DNA from: Octopus vulgaris
Taxonomy: Eukaryota
DNA: 64,000 nt
NCBI GenBank assembly: GCA_951406725.2
Contig: OX597819.1
Location: 129,580,001-129,644,000, forward strand
Direction of reading: 5' to 3'
The position numbers and the translations under genes are program-made. Under the pieces are notes generated by a model. That model was not told where the DNA came from. It saw nothing but the letters and a program-made list of their open reading frames with translations, and ran no database searches. Shown piece by piece: positions 62,980 to 64,000 of the stretch (position 1 is its first letter; every line of letters begins with the position of its first letter).

Positions 62980-63515
62980 CTGGAGAACATTTAAAAAAAA
63001 AAATGTTTAGTTGTCTTGCTTTTTACAATTAGTCCTACTTAATTTGGTGGTGTTGGGCTCAGAAATGCCCCCAGAAATTTTATATCATGTCATAATTTTT
63101 GTTAAACAGGAATTAATTTTTTTACCAAAAAATGTCAATTTTGCCATTAAATGCAAGACTGAAATAAGAAACTAACACAAACCAAATGATATTTTTTTAT
63201 TGTTTAACAGATATATTACACAAAATGTTTAATTACACATCTCAAAATAGATATTTCTGTCAAATTGGAGTTTGAACTACTCAAGGAATGAACTTTCTCT
63301 GTTGCTTTATGGGAATAAATTGCATCATGTCCAGTCTCTTTGCAGTGGTCAGCAGTAGACAGCCCCATGCTGGTGTTCCACCTGCCTTGATACTTAGTGC
63401 CCATGTTCTTGATGTCTTGGAGGAATCTTTTTCCTTGCTCATCACTATTGCTTTAGGATTTTCAAGCAAGTAGTCCAGATGACTGTGCAGCAAATGCACA
63501 TTTACACTCATGTGT
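62980..63515 (-). mobile_element. DNA transposon transposase remnant (Sola-like)
   Basis: MSVNVHLLHSHLDYLLEN.. and KYQGRWNTSM..ADHC resemble the C-terminus of a DDE transposase (HFLHSHLD..ENLGAVSDE.GERFHQD..YQG.W). Family assignment is from memory. Confidence 0.55.
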
Positions 63516-63628
63516 AAAGTGACTGGACATGATGCAATTTATTCCCATAAAGCAACAAAGAGAGAGTTTATTCCTTGAGTAGTTCAAACTCCAATTTGAG
63601 AGAAATATCTATTCTAAAATGTGGAATT
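63229..63628. repeat. ~110-bp inverted duplication
   Basis: 63229-63343 is approximately the reverse complement of 63514-63628. Confidence 0.88.
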
Positions 63629-63645
63629 ATTCTTTTTATTTTTAA

Positions 63646-64000
63646 CTAGCAGTATCGCCCGGTGTTGCTCGGGTTTGTAAGGGAAATAACTATATAAGCA
63701 TTTTTAGAGATGTAAAGTATAATAGCCATCTCAATATGGCTAAACCACAAAGGGGTGGGGGTGTTACTGTAGCTTTTTACGTTCTGAGATTTAATAATAA
63801 ATTTTTAGAGAGTTACTTCCCTTATATATGCCAAAAATGCATTAAAAATGGAAAAAATTGATGGTAAATTCTTTTTAAAATCGTAGACTCATCGTAGAAG
63901 GGCTCAATATGAATCACGACTATAAGATACCCGGTTTTGGTTAAACTGCACTGGAAAATGTGGGAGTAGTTAGGAATCTAAATCGTAGGAGACAGACACA
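63646..64000 (-). mobile_element. Second copy of the same non-autonomous Helitron (runs off window)
   Basis: ctagcagtatcgcccggtgttgctcgggtttgtaagggaaataac is nearly identical to 37770 onward. Confidence 0.85.

Overview
Eukaryotic (animal) genomic DNA, AT-rich and dense in microsatellites, SINEs and LINEs. The repeat families look like those of octopus/cephalopod genomes (inference). The window holds most of one intron-rich gene on the + strand, tyrosyl-DNA phosphodiesterase 1 (TDP1). I traced 14 coding exons from 14037 to 62847 with AG/GT boundaries and consistent phases (2734 nt). They encode a long Ser-rich N-terminus, a PBZ zinc finger and both HxK...N catalytic motifs; the last exon lies beyond the window. 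Introns and upstream DNA hold a near full-length CR1-clade LINE (PHD + polyQ ORF1, APE-RT ORF2) nested antisense in an older copy of its own family, a Dong/R4-type fragment in that copy's (TAA)n tail, many RTE-LINE 3' ends, several tRNA-derived SINE families, Helitron and piggyBac-type MITEs, and mariner and Sola-like remnants. One SINE family forms TSD-flanked 184-185 bp tandem arrays and appears to prefer GGTA(T/C) targets. Most short ORFs in the track are repeat-derived noise.
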